Below, piece after piece: positions 1 to 12,506 of a stretch of 64,000 bases of DNA (the stretch's first letter is position 1; every line of letters starts with the position of its first letter). The position numbers were made by a program, and so were the translations under genes. The DNA is from Pocillopora damicornis. Taxonomy: Eukaryota. A model generated the notes under the pieces. That model was not told where the DNA came from. It ran no database searches and saw nothing but the letters and a program-made list of their open reading frames with translations. Location of the stretch: positions 1 to 64,000 of the forward strand of contig NW_020846445.1 in the NCBI RefSeq assembly GCF_003704095.1, written 5' to 3'.

Positions 1-1897
1 GACTAAGAAGAGAAATGGCCGCCGTACAATACACTATGAAAAAACGCTGACTGGCATCCAGTCTTCACGGCTCACTGAACGCAAGTAGAAACCACGTGAC
101 AAGCACTTCTCTCTCGTGGACAAATAAATAAAGAAATAAAGAAATAAATTTCGCGGGCCTTGACTAAGTGTGGGAAATCCCACACAAAAATTAGTTGCGA
201 TAGCTGAGGCCAGTTTTTCCATGCAAGTCGTCTGGATATACCTTTCGCTGAGACGCCTACACGACAGTTCTTATTTAACTTATTGGAACTCTTTACCTAA
301 TTTTGCCATGTCAGCTTCCAGTTTGAATTCCTTCAGAACTCGATTACTGAATTATCCCTGTACATAGTTTTGTTTTGTTATCTGGAAATGAGATTTATTC
401 AGATTTTACTTTTTGTTCATTGTTCAGTTGTTTCTCAGCTTCTTTCTTATACAACGTATAGTTATTTATATTAGCCTTGGAGAGCAGTTTTTATATGGGA
501 ATTCAGTTTCTCCCTATTGCTTTCCTTTACCTGATTGTACTTTTATATGGTAATTAAGATTTAATGAATATTACATAGTTATTGTTAGTTATTAGTTATT
601 GTTGTGGTTTTTATTAGTAGTTATTGTATAGTAGAATTTTGTACAGTGGTAAAAAGCATCATTAAACTTGTTAAACTTTCACCTGCCGTTTCGGTTCGGA
701 CGTTAAGTTTTCATTCCAAGTGCATTTGTTAAATTGAATAGGAAAAAAAAAACACTTCGAACGGAAAACAGAATTATTTTAACGTCTGGATCTTTTGGAC
801 AACGAAGTGGCCTTGATTATAAATATTTAAGCATGGTTAACATATTAGCCTTAACTTGTCTGTTTCTCGAAGCTCAGAGTTTTCTTACTTGCCTTTTTCC
901 ACGTGAAATGGGGCGATTGAATTTACATAATAAACACTAAAAGAACTAAAAATATAAAAATCGCGAACAAAATTTTTGTAGAGTTGCTTAGCTTTTCATT
1001 TTTCCGGAATCGAAAGTCGATATTGCAAAATTCAAGTGAAAAGCAAACCAACTGTGATTAACGCCTCAAACAAGGCAAGATACTTTTTTTTCGTCATACA
1101 ATAAGTTACATATCGTAAATATCGTTCTTCTTGATGCCTTTCCCGATGCCTCCGTTCGCTAATATAGCAGCAAAAATTTCGTTCCAGTCAAAGCGTTTGG
1201 AAAATTGCTCAACTTTTTAAGCAGCGAAGTGTAACTTGGTAACATTTTGGCTTTACAACACGATTGTTTTCTGCAAGTTACAAAACGTAAATATGATTCT
1301 TCTTGGTGCTTTTCCGAATGCCAGTGATGCCTTTTCCGATGCCTCCATTGTTTATTACAGCAGTAAAAGATATATGTACAATCAATACTTTTGAAAAATT
1401 GCTTAACATTTTATTTAGCAAAGTATAATGCTAACATTTTGGCTTTACAAACACTATTGTTTTCTACAACTACAACTGATATGTCTTTATATGAATATTA
1501 AAGTTGTTTCCCCGCTGACCATTTGTATTTCGATCATTTTTTCTTCCCCCGCTCCTCGCCCGTGATGTAGTAACTCTCGTCAGCATTGAGGACCGATTAT
1601 GGATGCAAAAAGATGATAGGTGCGTAATACGTCAGTAAACCTGCTATATTTATTATTTCGATAGAATTTTCAGATTGATCAAACGGCAATATTATTCAAA
1701 CCCTTGTAATATATCAGGTTAAATGAAACCGTTCGGTTATCTTAACTTCATAAGCAGAGACGTGGACAACCTGGAAACGAGGAATTAACCCTCACGCGTG
1801 ACTTGAGGAGTTACGTCAAGCAATACCTTTGACGGCAAACGTTGATAGTATTCAATAGAGTTTGATTTGTGAAAGGAACTGAGAGCAAAACCTAGCA

Positions 1898-3228
1898 ATG
1901 GCAGCTGACGATAATTGGCAGACGGAACTTCCAACTCTCGTCGAAAGAACTGCCTTCATTTTCAACAACGAGATATTGAGCGACGTGAAGTTTGTTGTTC
2001 CTGTGTCGATTGGTGAAATTGAAAGCAAGAAGGTGATCCCAGCTCACAAGTTTGTGCTCGCAATCAGTAGTCCCGTGTTCTTTGCCATGTTCTATGGTCT
2101 AATGGCGGAGACTAAAGACTCTATTGAACTGCCTGACTGTGACTACGAGAGTCTGTTGGAGTTGTTTCGTTTCTTGTACACCGACAAAGTGAATTTAAGC
2201 GGAAACAACGTGATGCAAGTGTTGTACTTGGCGAACAAGTACATAGTACCCTCGCTCGCCAAGAAATGTACAGAATATCTTCACGACAACCTGAATGCAT
2301 CTAATGTGTTTTTCATTCTGCCGCACGCTCGGAAATTTGAAAATAAAGACTTAGAAGATCGATGCTGGAAAGTGATTAAAGAGCAGACAGAAGAAGCTGT
2401 GACGTCAGATGGATTTATTTCAGTTGAGCGATCTGTTGTTGAATCTGTTGTGAAGCGAGAGAAGTTGAGCGTAACGGAACTAAAACTGTACAAGGCAGTC
2501 GATGGCTGGGCCGCGGCAGAAGTACAAAGGCAAGGACTTACTCCTGATGGAAAGACGAAGAGACGAATTCTTGGGGAGGACATTGTTAAGGCAATACGAT
2601 TTCCACTGATATCACAGAAGGATTTTATGTCAGTTGTATTCGATTCTGATATTCTCACTTTTCATGAGGTTGGAAACATGATGAAACATTACAGCGGCGT
2701 TTTAAAATATCCTTTGTTATTTAAGGATACCGCAAGGAGCGGTATTCCGATGTATTATTCCGATTTCTAAAATTCAATCCGCCAATTGGTATGAACGGAA
2801 CTTGGTCTTACTTAGGTAGAGCCGACAGTATTGGATTTGCAATCAACCAGCCAATCTTTCTACACGGTGTTCAGCATTTTGGCTCAGACGGCGGCAAGTA
2901 TACTGTTTCTACCGAAGTTAAAGTTACAGCCCACAATTCTTGCCTCCGAAAGGAATCAGGAACATACTCTTCCATAAAGGAAGAGACTAATAATCATTAT
3001 AGCTTCGATGTAATGTTTGATCCGCCAATTCGTTTGGAGGCTCATAAAAGCTATAGGCTTGTGTCGCTTATCAAGGGTCCTCCATCATGGTATCAAGGAG
3101 AGGGAGTAAAGTCTTTTGAATCGAAAGGAGTGCTGGTCAATTTCATGAAGTCAGTGGAGAGTGCCAATGGGACTTCGGAAACGAGTGGCCAATTTCCAGC
3201 TTTCATATTTAGTACTTGTCAGGCATAA
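1898..3228 (+). pseudogene. BTB-BACK-PHR (BTBD6-like) gene, copy 1, frameshifted at the BACK/PHR junction
   Basis: ORF 1898-2770 has the BTBD1/2/3/6 signatures WQT..T..ER..FIFNNE.LSDVKF and AHKFVLAISSPVFFAMFYG, plus a BACK region. The PHR domain (RFLKFN..WSY..DSI.F..LHGVQHFG..GQFP) continues from 2761 to 3228 in another frame. Net +2 nt versus the paralogue at 7881-7910, with TATTCCGAT duplicated at 2743-2751 and 2756-2764. Confidence 0.85.
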
Positions 3229-3482
3229 ATAATTGGAAATTAGTTTTGGATTGTTTTTGCTGCTAATAGTTGATGAAGTTAAAAATTATTGAATACGTAC
3301 CGTACTTTTATTCGTTGCGACCTGGTAAGTGCTTAGAAGTGAATTAAGTGCTACGACGGAATATTGGAATGCTTTTGGAATGTTTCACCTATTACTTAAG
3401 TTGTAACATTAAACAATAATGATTTTCCGAAATAAAAATAAACCTTCGAACAGTTTGTTGTATCGTCAGCCAGAAATTAGAT

Positions 3483-3582
3483 NNNNNNNNNNNNNNNNNN
3501 NNNNNNNNNNNNNNNNNNNNNNNNNNNNNNNNNNNNNNNNNNNNNNNNNNNNNNNNNNNNNNNNNNNNNNNNNNNNNNNNNN
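3483..3582. other. Assembly gap (100 N)
   Basis: Run of exactly 100 N, typical of an unsized scaffold gap. Confidence 0.99.
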
Positions 3583-6428
3583 ACAAGCAACGTGTTAATC
3601 ATCTTTAATACTGCAGCTGTCTTGAGAGAGTCAATGAGGAAAAGGCTTTGACTGCTAACGGTTAACCCAGAAATACGCATAACGACACTTTGGAGATAGG
3701 AAAAATTTTTACGGTTAACTTATATACGACCGACACTTAAAATTTGTTTCTTTTTACCATTGATGGCTAAATTCATTGTTCATTTTACGGCTAACGGTTA
3801 ACCCTATTGAGACCCTCACATAAGCCTGACAATACTGAGTAGTGACCGAGAAGTGTAGGCTTGAACTCTGACTGTGATGTAAATAACGGGGGGGACGGGG
3901 GGCGGGGGGGTAAGGAAAACGTCACCATGAAATGACTGAAATGCGCCCAGTTTCATTGCTGCTCCCGTCCATCTTGCTCTTTATGTTTGCTAATTTTCAA
4001 CCATTGCAAACCTCTTATAATTTTTGGGTTTGCAAACTGACTAGAAGTTGACAACACATCCTTCTGTTATTAAAAAGCCTCTTCACTCCCAAGATCTCGA
4101 TGTCCTTTTTTTCTTCCCCGTTAGTGATATCTTTCTTTAAATTTCGGCTCAAAGAGTCACGTGTTAAATCAAACAGTTTTCGCTGGTGGATGTTCAATTC
4201 CTCATCACTTTTCGATCAGAAAATTTGTTGATGTTGTTAGGAGAAATTACTTGTTGGTCATTCTTAAGAGTGAAAAGGTTAAACGATCACTCTGTTTTTT
4301 TCTTTTTTTTTCTGTTTTTCAAAATTGTCTCACGAAGCACATGCAGGTTCTCTTCAGTTAATCATCAACACCAGTGGATATCCTAGTGTCAAAATTTGAA
4401 GATTTTGGGGATTTTTGGAAGATTTTCCCTTATTTGGGATCGAGCTGTGTGAGAAAGGAGTCCGCAAAAAAACAAAAAACAATAAATGACCTCCCCCTTC
4501 GCCCCCCTCCCCTCCCATTCTTCACCCCTCTCCCTAGATTGGAATATCCTTTCCTAGCCCCTTGAACCATGATAAAAGACAATCATGCACCCGTCGGGCT
4601 AATCTTTAACGGATAAATTAATGTTTGATATAATGTTGTCAAAGTGTTGACGGATAACGCTGATCAGCGATCAGGTTAGGTCAACAGCCACATTATTATT
4701 AACCAACATACAGGATATGTCTATGAACGCTTTTTGTCAGCTGATCATCTTAAGCGTGCTTCTATCGTCATCTCCCATAACAGGTAATACGCTGATGTTT
4801 TATTTCCATACTTTCGTTTGGAGGTTTTGAACAAAAATTTATATTCTAGTTTTTTTTCTGTGTAAATGATTTATTAAACATTTGTCAGTTTATGTACGTT
4901 GCGCCATTCGCTCTTTGACGAGTAAAACATGGCTCAAAGCTTGCGTAAGTAGTTGAGGTCAGTCAGTTGTAGTCACGTGTAACTGTGAATGTGATTTTCT
5001 GTATGCAGTATCGTCAGTGACAATGAGCTTATAATAAAGTTATGATTTCTACTGTTGCCCAGTGGCACTGACATTGTGCAGTATTATGGGCTGTTATAGG
5101 CTGTTAATTTGCAACAAAACGACACTCTCTTCCGATACAAATGATAATTACGTCCGTGTTTTTTGGGGGTCGTTTTCTACTCTCTATTAACATTCTCTCA
5201 ACTTTGTATTTCAGTTTAAACTTTTTTGGAGAATAAAGGATAAACCACCCGTGGTGTTACACGTCACGCAACGCTCTCTTTCCGGCCAACCGTTACGTGT
5301 TCTTTAGGCCCTCATATGAATAGCGGACTAAATTTGTTTCGGGATGTTTTCTGAATAACTTTACTACAAAATAATCAATTATTGCAATTATGAATCACTG
5401 TGCACCAAAGAAGCAAAAAGTGGGATGTGGTAGACGATTCTCATCTTGACTCTGCCACAAAACGATAGACACATTTTCCATAACATGCCTTTGTTGAAAT
5501 TAAAGGAATGAAGGAAACAGTTCTGCTAAACGATGTAGAAGGAGGGTCAAGTGATATTTCATAGTATCATCGAACGACTTTTGTCGAGACAAGAAAAAAT
5601 TATTCGGGCAAATCAACAGCCTCCCTCCCTGGTGTACTTATTTACGTGAGCGTTGACTCTCCATTACATCAAGACAAGTCATTTTACCTGTTTTGCAGCA
5701 GCCCTTTTTCGATTTTTTTCTTTGTTATGGCTACTGACCTCTTTAACAGTTATAATTTGGTAATTATTAGAGACCACTTATTAATTATATATCGCCTGTA
5801 AGGGGGGGGGAGTGAGGGGGGGGTGAGGGGGGGGTTGAAGGAGATTTTGGGGTATCACATGGTCGCCAAAAAGGGAGGACTATAGAAAATTGACTACTAA
5901 TGAGGGGAGGGTGGAGAACTTTGGTTGAGTCAAAATAAAATTAATTTGATCCCTCACCCCTCCCCCCGTAAAGCTCTGTATTATTCTGACGATACTTCTA
6001 ATTGGCAGCCAATTTTCTGTAGTCCCCTCTTTATACTCTATTGGCGACGACAGATCCCCCCTCCATTCTCCCTGAAAATCTTGTGACCCTCTAAATCCTG
6101 CAACCACTTCCCCCCCCCCACCCGAGAATACTGACTGGTCTCAAAGTAAAGCTTTTATTTACCGGGGGGATTTTCCATCTAATTTCTGGCTGACGATACA
6201 ACAAACTGTTCGAAGGTTTATTTTTATTTCAGAAAATCATGATTGTTAATGTTAAAACTTAAGTAATAAGTGAAACATTCCAAAAGCATTCCAATATTCC
6301 GTCGTAGCACTTAATTCACTTCTGAACACTTACAAGGTCGCAACGAATAAAAGTACGGTACGTATTCAATAATTTTTAACTTCATCAACTATTAGCAGCA
6401 AAACAATCCAAAAATAATTTCCAATTAT

Positions 6429-7271
6429 TTATGCCTGCCAAGTACTAAATATGAAAGCTGGAAATTGGCCACTCGTTTTCGAAGTCCCATTGGCACTCTC
6501 CACTGACTTCATGAAATTGACCAGCACTCCTCTCGATTCAAAAGACTTTACCCCCTCTCCTCCATACCATGATGGAGGACCCTTGATAAGCGACACAAGC
6601 CTATAGCTTTTATGAGCCTCCAAACGAATTGGCGGATCAAACATTACATCGAAGCTATAATAATTATTAGTCTCTTCCTTTATGGAAGAGTATGTTCCTG
6701 ATTCCTTTCGGAGGCAAGTAATATTGTGGGCTGTAACTTTAACTTCGGTAGAAACAGTATACTTGCCACCGTCTGAGCCAAAATGCTGAACACCATGTAG
6801 AAAGATTGGCTGGTTGATTGTAAATTCAATACTGTCGGCTCTATCTGAGTATGACCAAATTCCTTTTGCTGGCGAATTGAACTTTAGAAATCGATTACAT
6901 CGGAATAAAACGCTCCTTGCGGTATCCTTAAATAACAAAGGATATTTTAAAACGCCGCTGTAATGTTTCATCATGTTTCCAACCTCATGAAAAGTGAGAA
7001 TATCAGAATCGAATACAACTGACATAAAATCCTTCTGTGATATCAGTGGAAATCGTATTGCCTTAACAATGTCCTCCCCAAGAATTCGTCTCTTCGTCTT
7101 TCCATCAGGAGTAAGTCCTTGCCTTTGGACTTCTGCCATGGCCCAGCCATCGACTGCCTTGAACAATTCTAGTTCCGTTACGCTCAACTTCTCTCGCTTC
7201 ACAACAGATTCAACAAAAGATCGCTCAACTTTAAAAAATTCATCTGACGTCACAGCTTCTTCTGTCTGCTC
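6429..7271 (-). CDS. BTB-BACK-PHR gene, copy 2 (3' part; 5' end lost in gap)
   Basis: Open frame from the gap edge to the stop at 6429, near-identical to copies 1 and 3 (BACK plus complete PHR ending GQFPAFIFSTWQA). Its 3' flank, 6177-6428, is the reverse complement of 3229-3482. Confidence 0.85.
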   Translation of the reverse strand, partial: EQTEEAVTSDEFFKVERSFVESVVKREKLSVTELELFKAVDGWAMAEVQRQGLTPDGKTKRRILGEDIVKAIRFPLISQKDFMSVVFDSDILTFHEVGNMMKHYSGVLKYPLLFKDTARSVLFRCNRFLKFNSPAKGIWSYSDRADSIEFTINQPIFLHGVQHFGSDGGKYTVSTEVKVTAHNITCLRKESGTYSSIKEETNNYYSFDVMFDPPIRLEAHKSYRLVSLIKGPPSWYGGEGVKSFESRGVLVNFMKSVESANGTSKTSGQFPAFIFSTWQA

Positions 7272-7371
7272 NNNNNNNNNNNNNNNNNNNNNNNNNNNNN
7301 NNNNNNNNNNNNNNNNNNNNNNNNNNNNNNNNNNNNNNNNNNNNNNNNNNNNNNNNNNNNNNNNNNNNNNN
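7272..7371. other. Assembly gap (100 N)
   Basis: Run of exactly 100 N. Confidence 0.99.
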
Positions 7372-8357
7372 TGGCGAACAAGTACATAGTACCCTCGCTC
7401 GCCAAGAAATGTACAGAATATCTTCGCGACAACCTGAACGCATCTAATGTATTTTTTATTCTGCCGTACGCACAGAAATTTGAAAATAAAGACTTAGAAG
7501 ATCGATGCTGGAAAGTGATTAAAGAGCAGACAGAAGAAGCTGTGACGTCAGATGAATTTTTTAAAGTTGAGCGATCTGTTGTTGAATCTGTTGTGAAGCG
7601 AGAGAAGTTGAGCGTAACAGAACTAAAATTGTACAAGGCAGTCGATGGCTGGGCCACGGCAGAAGTACAAAGGCAAGGACTTACTCCTGATGGAAAGACG
7701 AAGAGACGAATTCTTGGGGAGGACATTGTTAAAGCAATACGATTTCCATTGATATCACAGAAGGATTTTATGTCAGTTGTATTTGATTCTGATATTCTCA
7801 CTATTCATGAGGTTGGAAACATGATGAAACATTATAGTGGTGTTTTAAAATCTCCTTTGTTATTTAAGGATACCGCAAGGAGCCTTTTATTCCGATGTAA
7901 TCGATTTCTAAAGTTCAATTCGCCAGCAATAAAAATTTGGTCATACTCGGGTGGAACTGACAGTATTGAATTTACAACAAACAAGCCAATCTTGCTACAT
8001 GGTGTTCAGCATTTTGGCTCAGACGGTGGCAAGTATACTGTCTCTACCGAAGTTAAAGTTACAGCCCACACTTCTTGTCTCGGAAAGAAATCAGGAACAT
8101 ACTCTTCAATAAAGGAAGAGACTAATAATTATTATAGCTTCGATGTGATGTTTGATCCGCCAATTCGTTTGGAGGCTCATGAAAGCTATAGGCTTGTGTC
8201 GCTTATCAAGGGTCCTTCATCATGGTATGGAGATGAGGGAGTAACGTCTCTTAAATTGAGAGGAGTGCAGGTCAATTTCATGAAGTCAGTGGAGAGTGCC
8301 AATCACACTTCGGAAACGAGTGGCCAATTTCCAGCTTTCATATTTAGTACTTGTTAA
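7372..8357 (+). CDS. BTB-BACK-PHR gene, copy 3 (5' end lost in gap)
   Basis: Frame is open from the gap edge (ANKYIVPSLAKKCTEYLRDNL...) through ORF 7515-8357; PHR intact, ending GQFPAFIFSTC. Confidence 0.88.
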
Positions 8358-8690
8358 GCATAGATAATAGAAAATTATTTTTTGATTGTTTTTGCTGCTA
8401 ATAATTGACGAAGTTAAAAATTATTGAATACGTACTTTTGTTCTTTGCGACCTTGTAAGTGTTCAGAAGTGAATTAAGTGTCACGACGGAACATTGGAAT
8501 GCTTTTGGAATGTTTCACTTATTACTTAAGTTGTTACGTTAAACAATAATGACATTCTGAAATGAAAATAAACCTTCGAACAGTTTGTTTGTATCGTCAG
8601 CCAGAAATTAGATGGACACTTCCCCTGGTGAATTACAGCTTTACTTTGGTACCAGTCAGTATTCCTCGGCTTTTAAGCCGACGGTTAAAA

Positions 8691-8894
8691 CCCTTTAACT
8701 CCCATGAGTGACCAAGACAGAATTTCTTCTTACAATATCTATACAATATCATGCAGACAAGTGATAAGACTAAAGAAAAATATCCATTACGGGATTACTA
8801 ATTGATCTGATATCAAATTCTCCAAACTAACATGATGAGAATCATTCTGCAGACAGTAAGGGAAATTAATAATGGGATCTTGGGAGTTAAAGGG
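8691..8894. mobile_element. ~204-bp MITE with CCCTTTAACTCCC...GGGAGTTAAAGGG terminal inverted repeats (piggyBac-like ends)
   Basis: 13-bp TIR visible at both ends; same length and family as 26548-26751. Confidence 0.8.
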
Positions 8895-9740
8895 TTGATA
8901 GGGGGTGGGGTTGTTGCAGGATTTAGAGGATCACAAGATTTTTAGGGAGAATGGAGGGGGGATCTGTCGTCTCCAATAGTTTATGAAGAGGAGACTATAG
9001 AAAATTGACTGTCAGTGAGGGGCATCCTTAGAATAATGCAGAGCCTTAGGAGGAAGGGGGGGGGGGCGGGTTGTGGAGGGATCAAATTAATTTTATTGTG
9101 ACAAAAATAAAAATTTCGAAATACCCCCCTCCCCTACCCTAGGCGATGACCGGTGCCTTTAGCGATGTGTGAGTTTTTACAGCTTATTACTGTTCAGTGC
9201 CTTTCGAGTTGATGCATTGGGGGCAAGAAATTTCTGTACCAAATCAATTTCTTTGCCTCTTCTGAAGCTTAGGATATTATTTTGAATTCGGAGGATGCGA
9301 TCGAGGTCATCTTTTATTCTCCACGAAAGGTAAACTGAAATACAAAGTTCGGAGAGTGTTAAAAGAGAGTGGAAAACAACCCCCAAAAAACACGTACGTA
9401 ATTATCATGAGTATCTGAAGAGAGTATCGTTTGGTTGCAAATTAACAGCCCATAATAATGCACAATGTCAGTGCCACTGGGCAACAGTAAAAATCATATC
9501 TTTATTAAAGGCTCATTGTTTACCTGACGATACTGCATACAGAAAATCACATTCACAGTTACACGTAAAAATCATAAGAGGTTTGCGCTGGTTGAAAATT
9601 AGCAAACATGAAGAGTTAGACGAGTCAAACTGTTTAAATTCCCATAAATCTTTGCCCAAAGTGAAACCACAGCAAACATGCCAAAATTTGCACCAACTTA
9701 ACAAAAAATCTGCGAAGAGTATCGAGAGTGGAACACAACG

Positions 9741-10800
9741 ATGGCGGCAGAAGAAAACTGGCAGTCGAAACTATCAACCATAGCCGAGAAGACCGCTTTC
9801 ATCTTCAACAAGGAGTTAGTGAGCGATGTAAAATTTGTCGTTCCAATGTCGACAGACGAAAGCGAAAGAAAACTCACAAGTTTGTGCTCGCAATCAATAG
9901 TCCTGTGTTCTTTGCCATGTTCTATGGTCAAATGGCGGAGACTAAAGACTCTATTGAACTGCCTGACTGTGAGTACGAGAGTCTGTTGGAGGTGTTTCGT
10001 TTCATGTAAAGCAACAATGTGAATTTAAGCGGAAGTAATGTAATGAAAGTGCTGTACTTGTCGAACAAATACACGGTATCGCTTGTCGAGAAATGCGAAG
10101 AATATCTTCGAGAAAACCTGAAAGCATCGAACGTGTTCTGTATTCTGCCGCACGCTCAGAGATTTGAAGATAAAGACTTAGAAGATCGATGTTGGGAAGT
10201 GATTAAAAACCAGACAGAAGAAGCTGTGACGTCAGACGAATTTATGTCAGTTGAGAGATCTGTTGTTGAATCTGTTGTAAAGAGAAGTGTTGAATGTGAC
10301 GGAAGTGGAACTGTTCAAAGCTGTTGATCGCTGGGCCAGAAAAGAATGTGAAAGGCAAGGGATGACTTCTGATGGAAGGACAAAGAGACAAATTCTCGGA
10401 GAAGATATTGTTAACGGAATACAGTTTCCTCTGATGGAAGAGAAAGATTTTGTATCTGTCGTATTGGACTCTCATCTCTTGAATATTGAAGAATTATGCA
10501 ACATGATAAAACTCTACAACAATGTTTTGAATATTCCTTTACCGCGCGTATAAGCCTGTAGAGGTATTTTACGATGTCAGAGACTTAAGATGTTTTTCTC
10601 AGGACCATACTGGGGTAACGACGGCAAAGACCCTGACTGTATCATTCTCACCGTCAACAAGCCTATCGGTTACACGGAGTTGAACATTTTGGTTCTGATG
10701 GAGGCGAGTACACAGTTAAGACAGACATTTTTGAACCCATGGACAACACTTCGCTCGTAAAACGAGCGGGAAATTATACTTCAGAAAAAAGCGATACCCA
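9741..10800 (+). pseudogene. BTB-BACK-PHR pseudogene, copy 4
   Basis: MAAEENWQ start. Frameshifting deletion before AHKF (~9868), TAA at 10007, 2-nt loss at ~10283, TAA at 10551. PHR similarity stops abruptly at ~10800 (NYTSEKSDT), where repeat-like sequence begins. Closest to copy 9. Confidence 0.9.
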
Positions 10801-11239
10801 CGTTATCCATACCGCGGATGTCCTTCGAGAAAAAATTCGTACGCGAGCTAGTCTCACTAAAATCCTAGCAAACTATATATCAGAGAAAAGTAACTTCAGT
10901 TTACGATTAAGATTTAATTTAAGCGCCTTTTCTTTTAAGGAAGACACAGGAAGTGTCAGGAGCCGGTAAGGCGTGAAACGACCGAAGGTTCTTTTATTTA
11001 ATTTATCGGGTATCGGATGCCGCAGCACGAGCAAGATAGCTGCACAGTCTCATTCACAAGGCATTAATCAACAAAAGTGTGTCAGGCTTTTTTTGATATT
11101 CTGATTTGTTGTCTAGATATCGGCATCTTAAGTTGGAGGGTAAGCTGGAAAACCAGGAATCCGGAATTCCGGCGGAATTCCGCCGTAATTTCGCCGGAAT
11201 TTTTCAACGTCCGTTTTTTTTAAATTCAAAATGACTCCG

Positions 11240-11470
11240 ATGATTTTCCGAAGAGTGTACGAGCTCCGAATATACTCCGAAGATTAACCGAAGATTATCC
11301 GATGGCTTCCAAAGTTACCCGGAGAGCCCCGAATTTTTGAAGGCTTGCTTTTTCAATTCCTTTTTTTCTTCTATCAAGATTTTTCCGAAGAGGGTACGAG
11401 CTACGAATATATACACCAAGGATTAACCGAAAATTATCCGAGGGTTTCCGAAGTTACCCGGAGATTACCG
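11240..11470. repeat. Imperfect ~85-bp direct repeat rich in CCGAAG, inside a probable transposon remnant
   Basis: TTTTCCGAAGAG.GTACGAGCT.CGAATATA...GATTAACCGAA.ATTATCCGA.GG.TTCC.AAGTTACCCGGAG occurs at ~11243 and ~11381; CCGGAATTCC-type palindromes precede it at 11161-11200. Confidence 0.7.
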
Positions 11471-11649
11471 AGGAACAATCGAGCCCCCGGCTTCATCTAT
11501 TTTTCACTTATTTTTCTATTTTATCTTTTGTTTATTTTTAATTATTAACATCTATTTTTAACGGCCGTTAAACTAAATAATAAACAGCAAATCATTCGTC
11601 AAATTATGGGTTAACATGGTCAGCGTCCCTTTAACCGAGATCTCGATTA

Positions 11650-12506
11650 CCGTAATTTCCGGTCGTTTACCCGCACAGCCGATTACCCGCACCGGCCGAT
11701 TATTGCATAAGGCGGAAGAAAAAGTCAACAGATTACCCGCACGTTATGTTATTCAACTTTTTGGTGGCGGAAACGTGACATTAAGGTGATACATTTCAGT
11801 CTTTTAAAAGTTGTCTGATCCAACTTTCGAAAACTTGAAAGCGTCTTTGTCGAGTTTAAAGGTCAAAGAAATTCAGACGCGTGCACAATTCTGTGTCAAT
11901 ATTAGCATGTACTTTATTGATAAGATTATACAGTAAAAACACTAGCGGACCATGCCCAAATCTCAACGCTTCATACTTAACAGAATGCGAATTTGTGGTC
12001 ACATTTTGTGCGAGCGATCGTTCGGCGCCATATTGATTTGTTGAAAAAAAGCTGGGTGAGTATTAGAACTTGAATTATAAAGTACTGTCGGCGATTTCTG
12101 AAAAAAAATCGATATCTCCGGTTCTATTGGGCCTAACAAGTCCCTTAAAACGGGAAAATTCTCTTTAGCTCAAGCTGTGTTAAATGGAAATTTGTTTCTG
12201 ATGCGCCGGATATCTTTGGATTATTTTTGTCACCATCAAGGTTTTGTTTTCACGCGTGCCGATAGCGCAACTAATTATGCGTGAAATAAACTCGAGTCGG
12301 CATCATGTTTTCGTGCCGCTTTGCGGCACTCTTAATACAATAAAATTCATTTGAGAGGTGGAAACGCATGTTGGTGATAATTTTTTTCAATTCAACTACC
12401 ACTAGATTTTAAAATTGTCACATAACCAGCACCTCCCTATTACCCGCAGTGGCGCGCGTTTAATGCAAAATCAACAGATTACCCGCGGGTTAACGACCGG
12501 AAATTA
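11650..12506. mobile_element. Non-autonomous TIR DNA transposon (Tc1/mariner-pogo-like ends)
   Basis: Left end TA|CCGTAATTTCCGGTCGTTTACCCGC; right end GCGGGTTAACGACCGGAAATTA (inverted match with 1 mismatch in 22 bp). TTACCCGC subterminal repeats near both ends. No transposase ORF. Superfamily assignment is by resemblance only. Confidence 0.7.

Noticed and set aside
2281-2658. Recurrent antisense ORFs over BTB genes (also 6994-7389, 7250-7801, 18706-19182, 41994-42416)
   Set aside because: Shadow frames of the conserved sense CDS; they recur only because the paralogues are similar.
3392-3680. ORFs running through N gaps (also 7240-7443)
   Set aside because: Artefacts of translating N runs.
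5800-6125. Poly-G/poly-C tracts as functional G-quadruplexes
   Set aside because: They belong to a dispersed repeat also present at ~8900-9160 and ~19450-19550; nothing supports a specific function.
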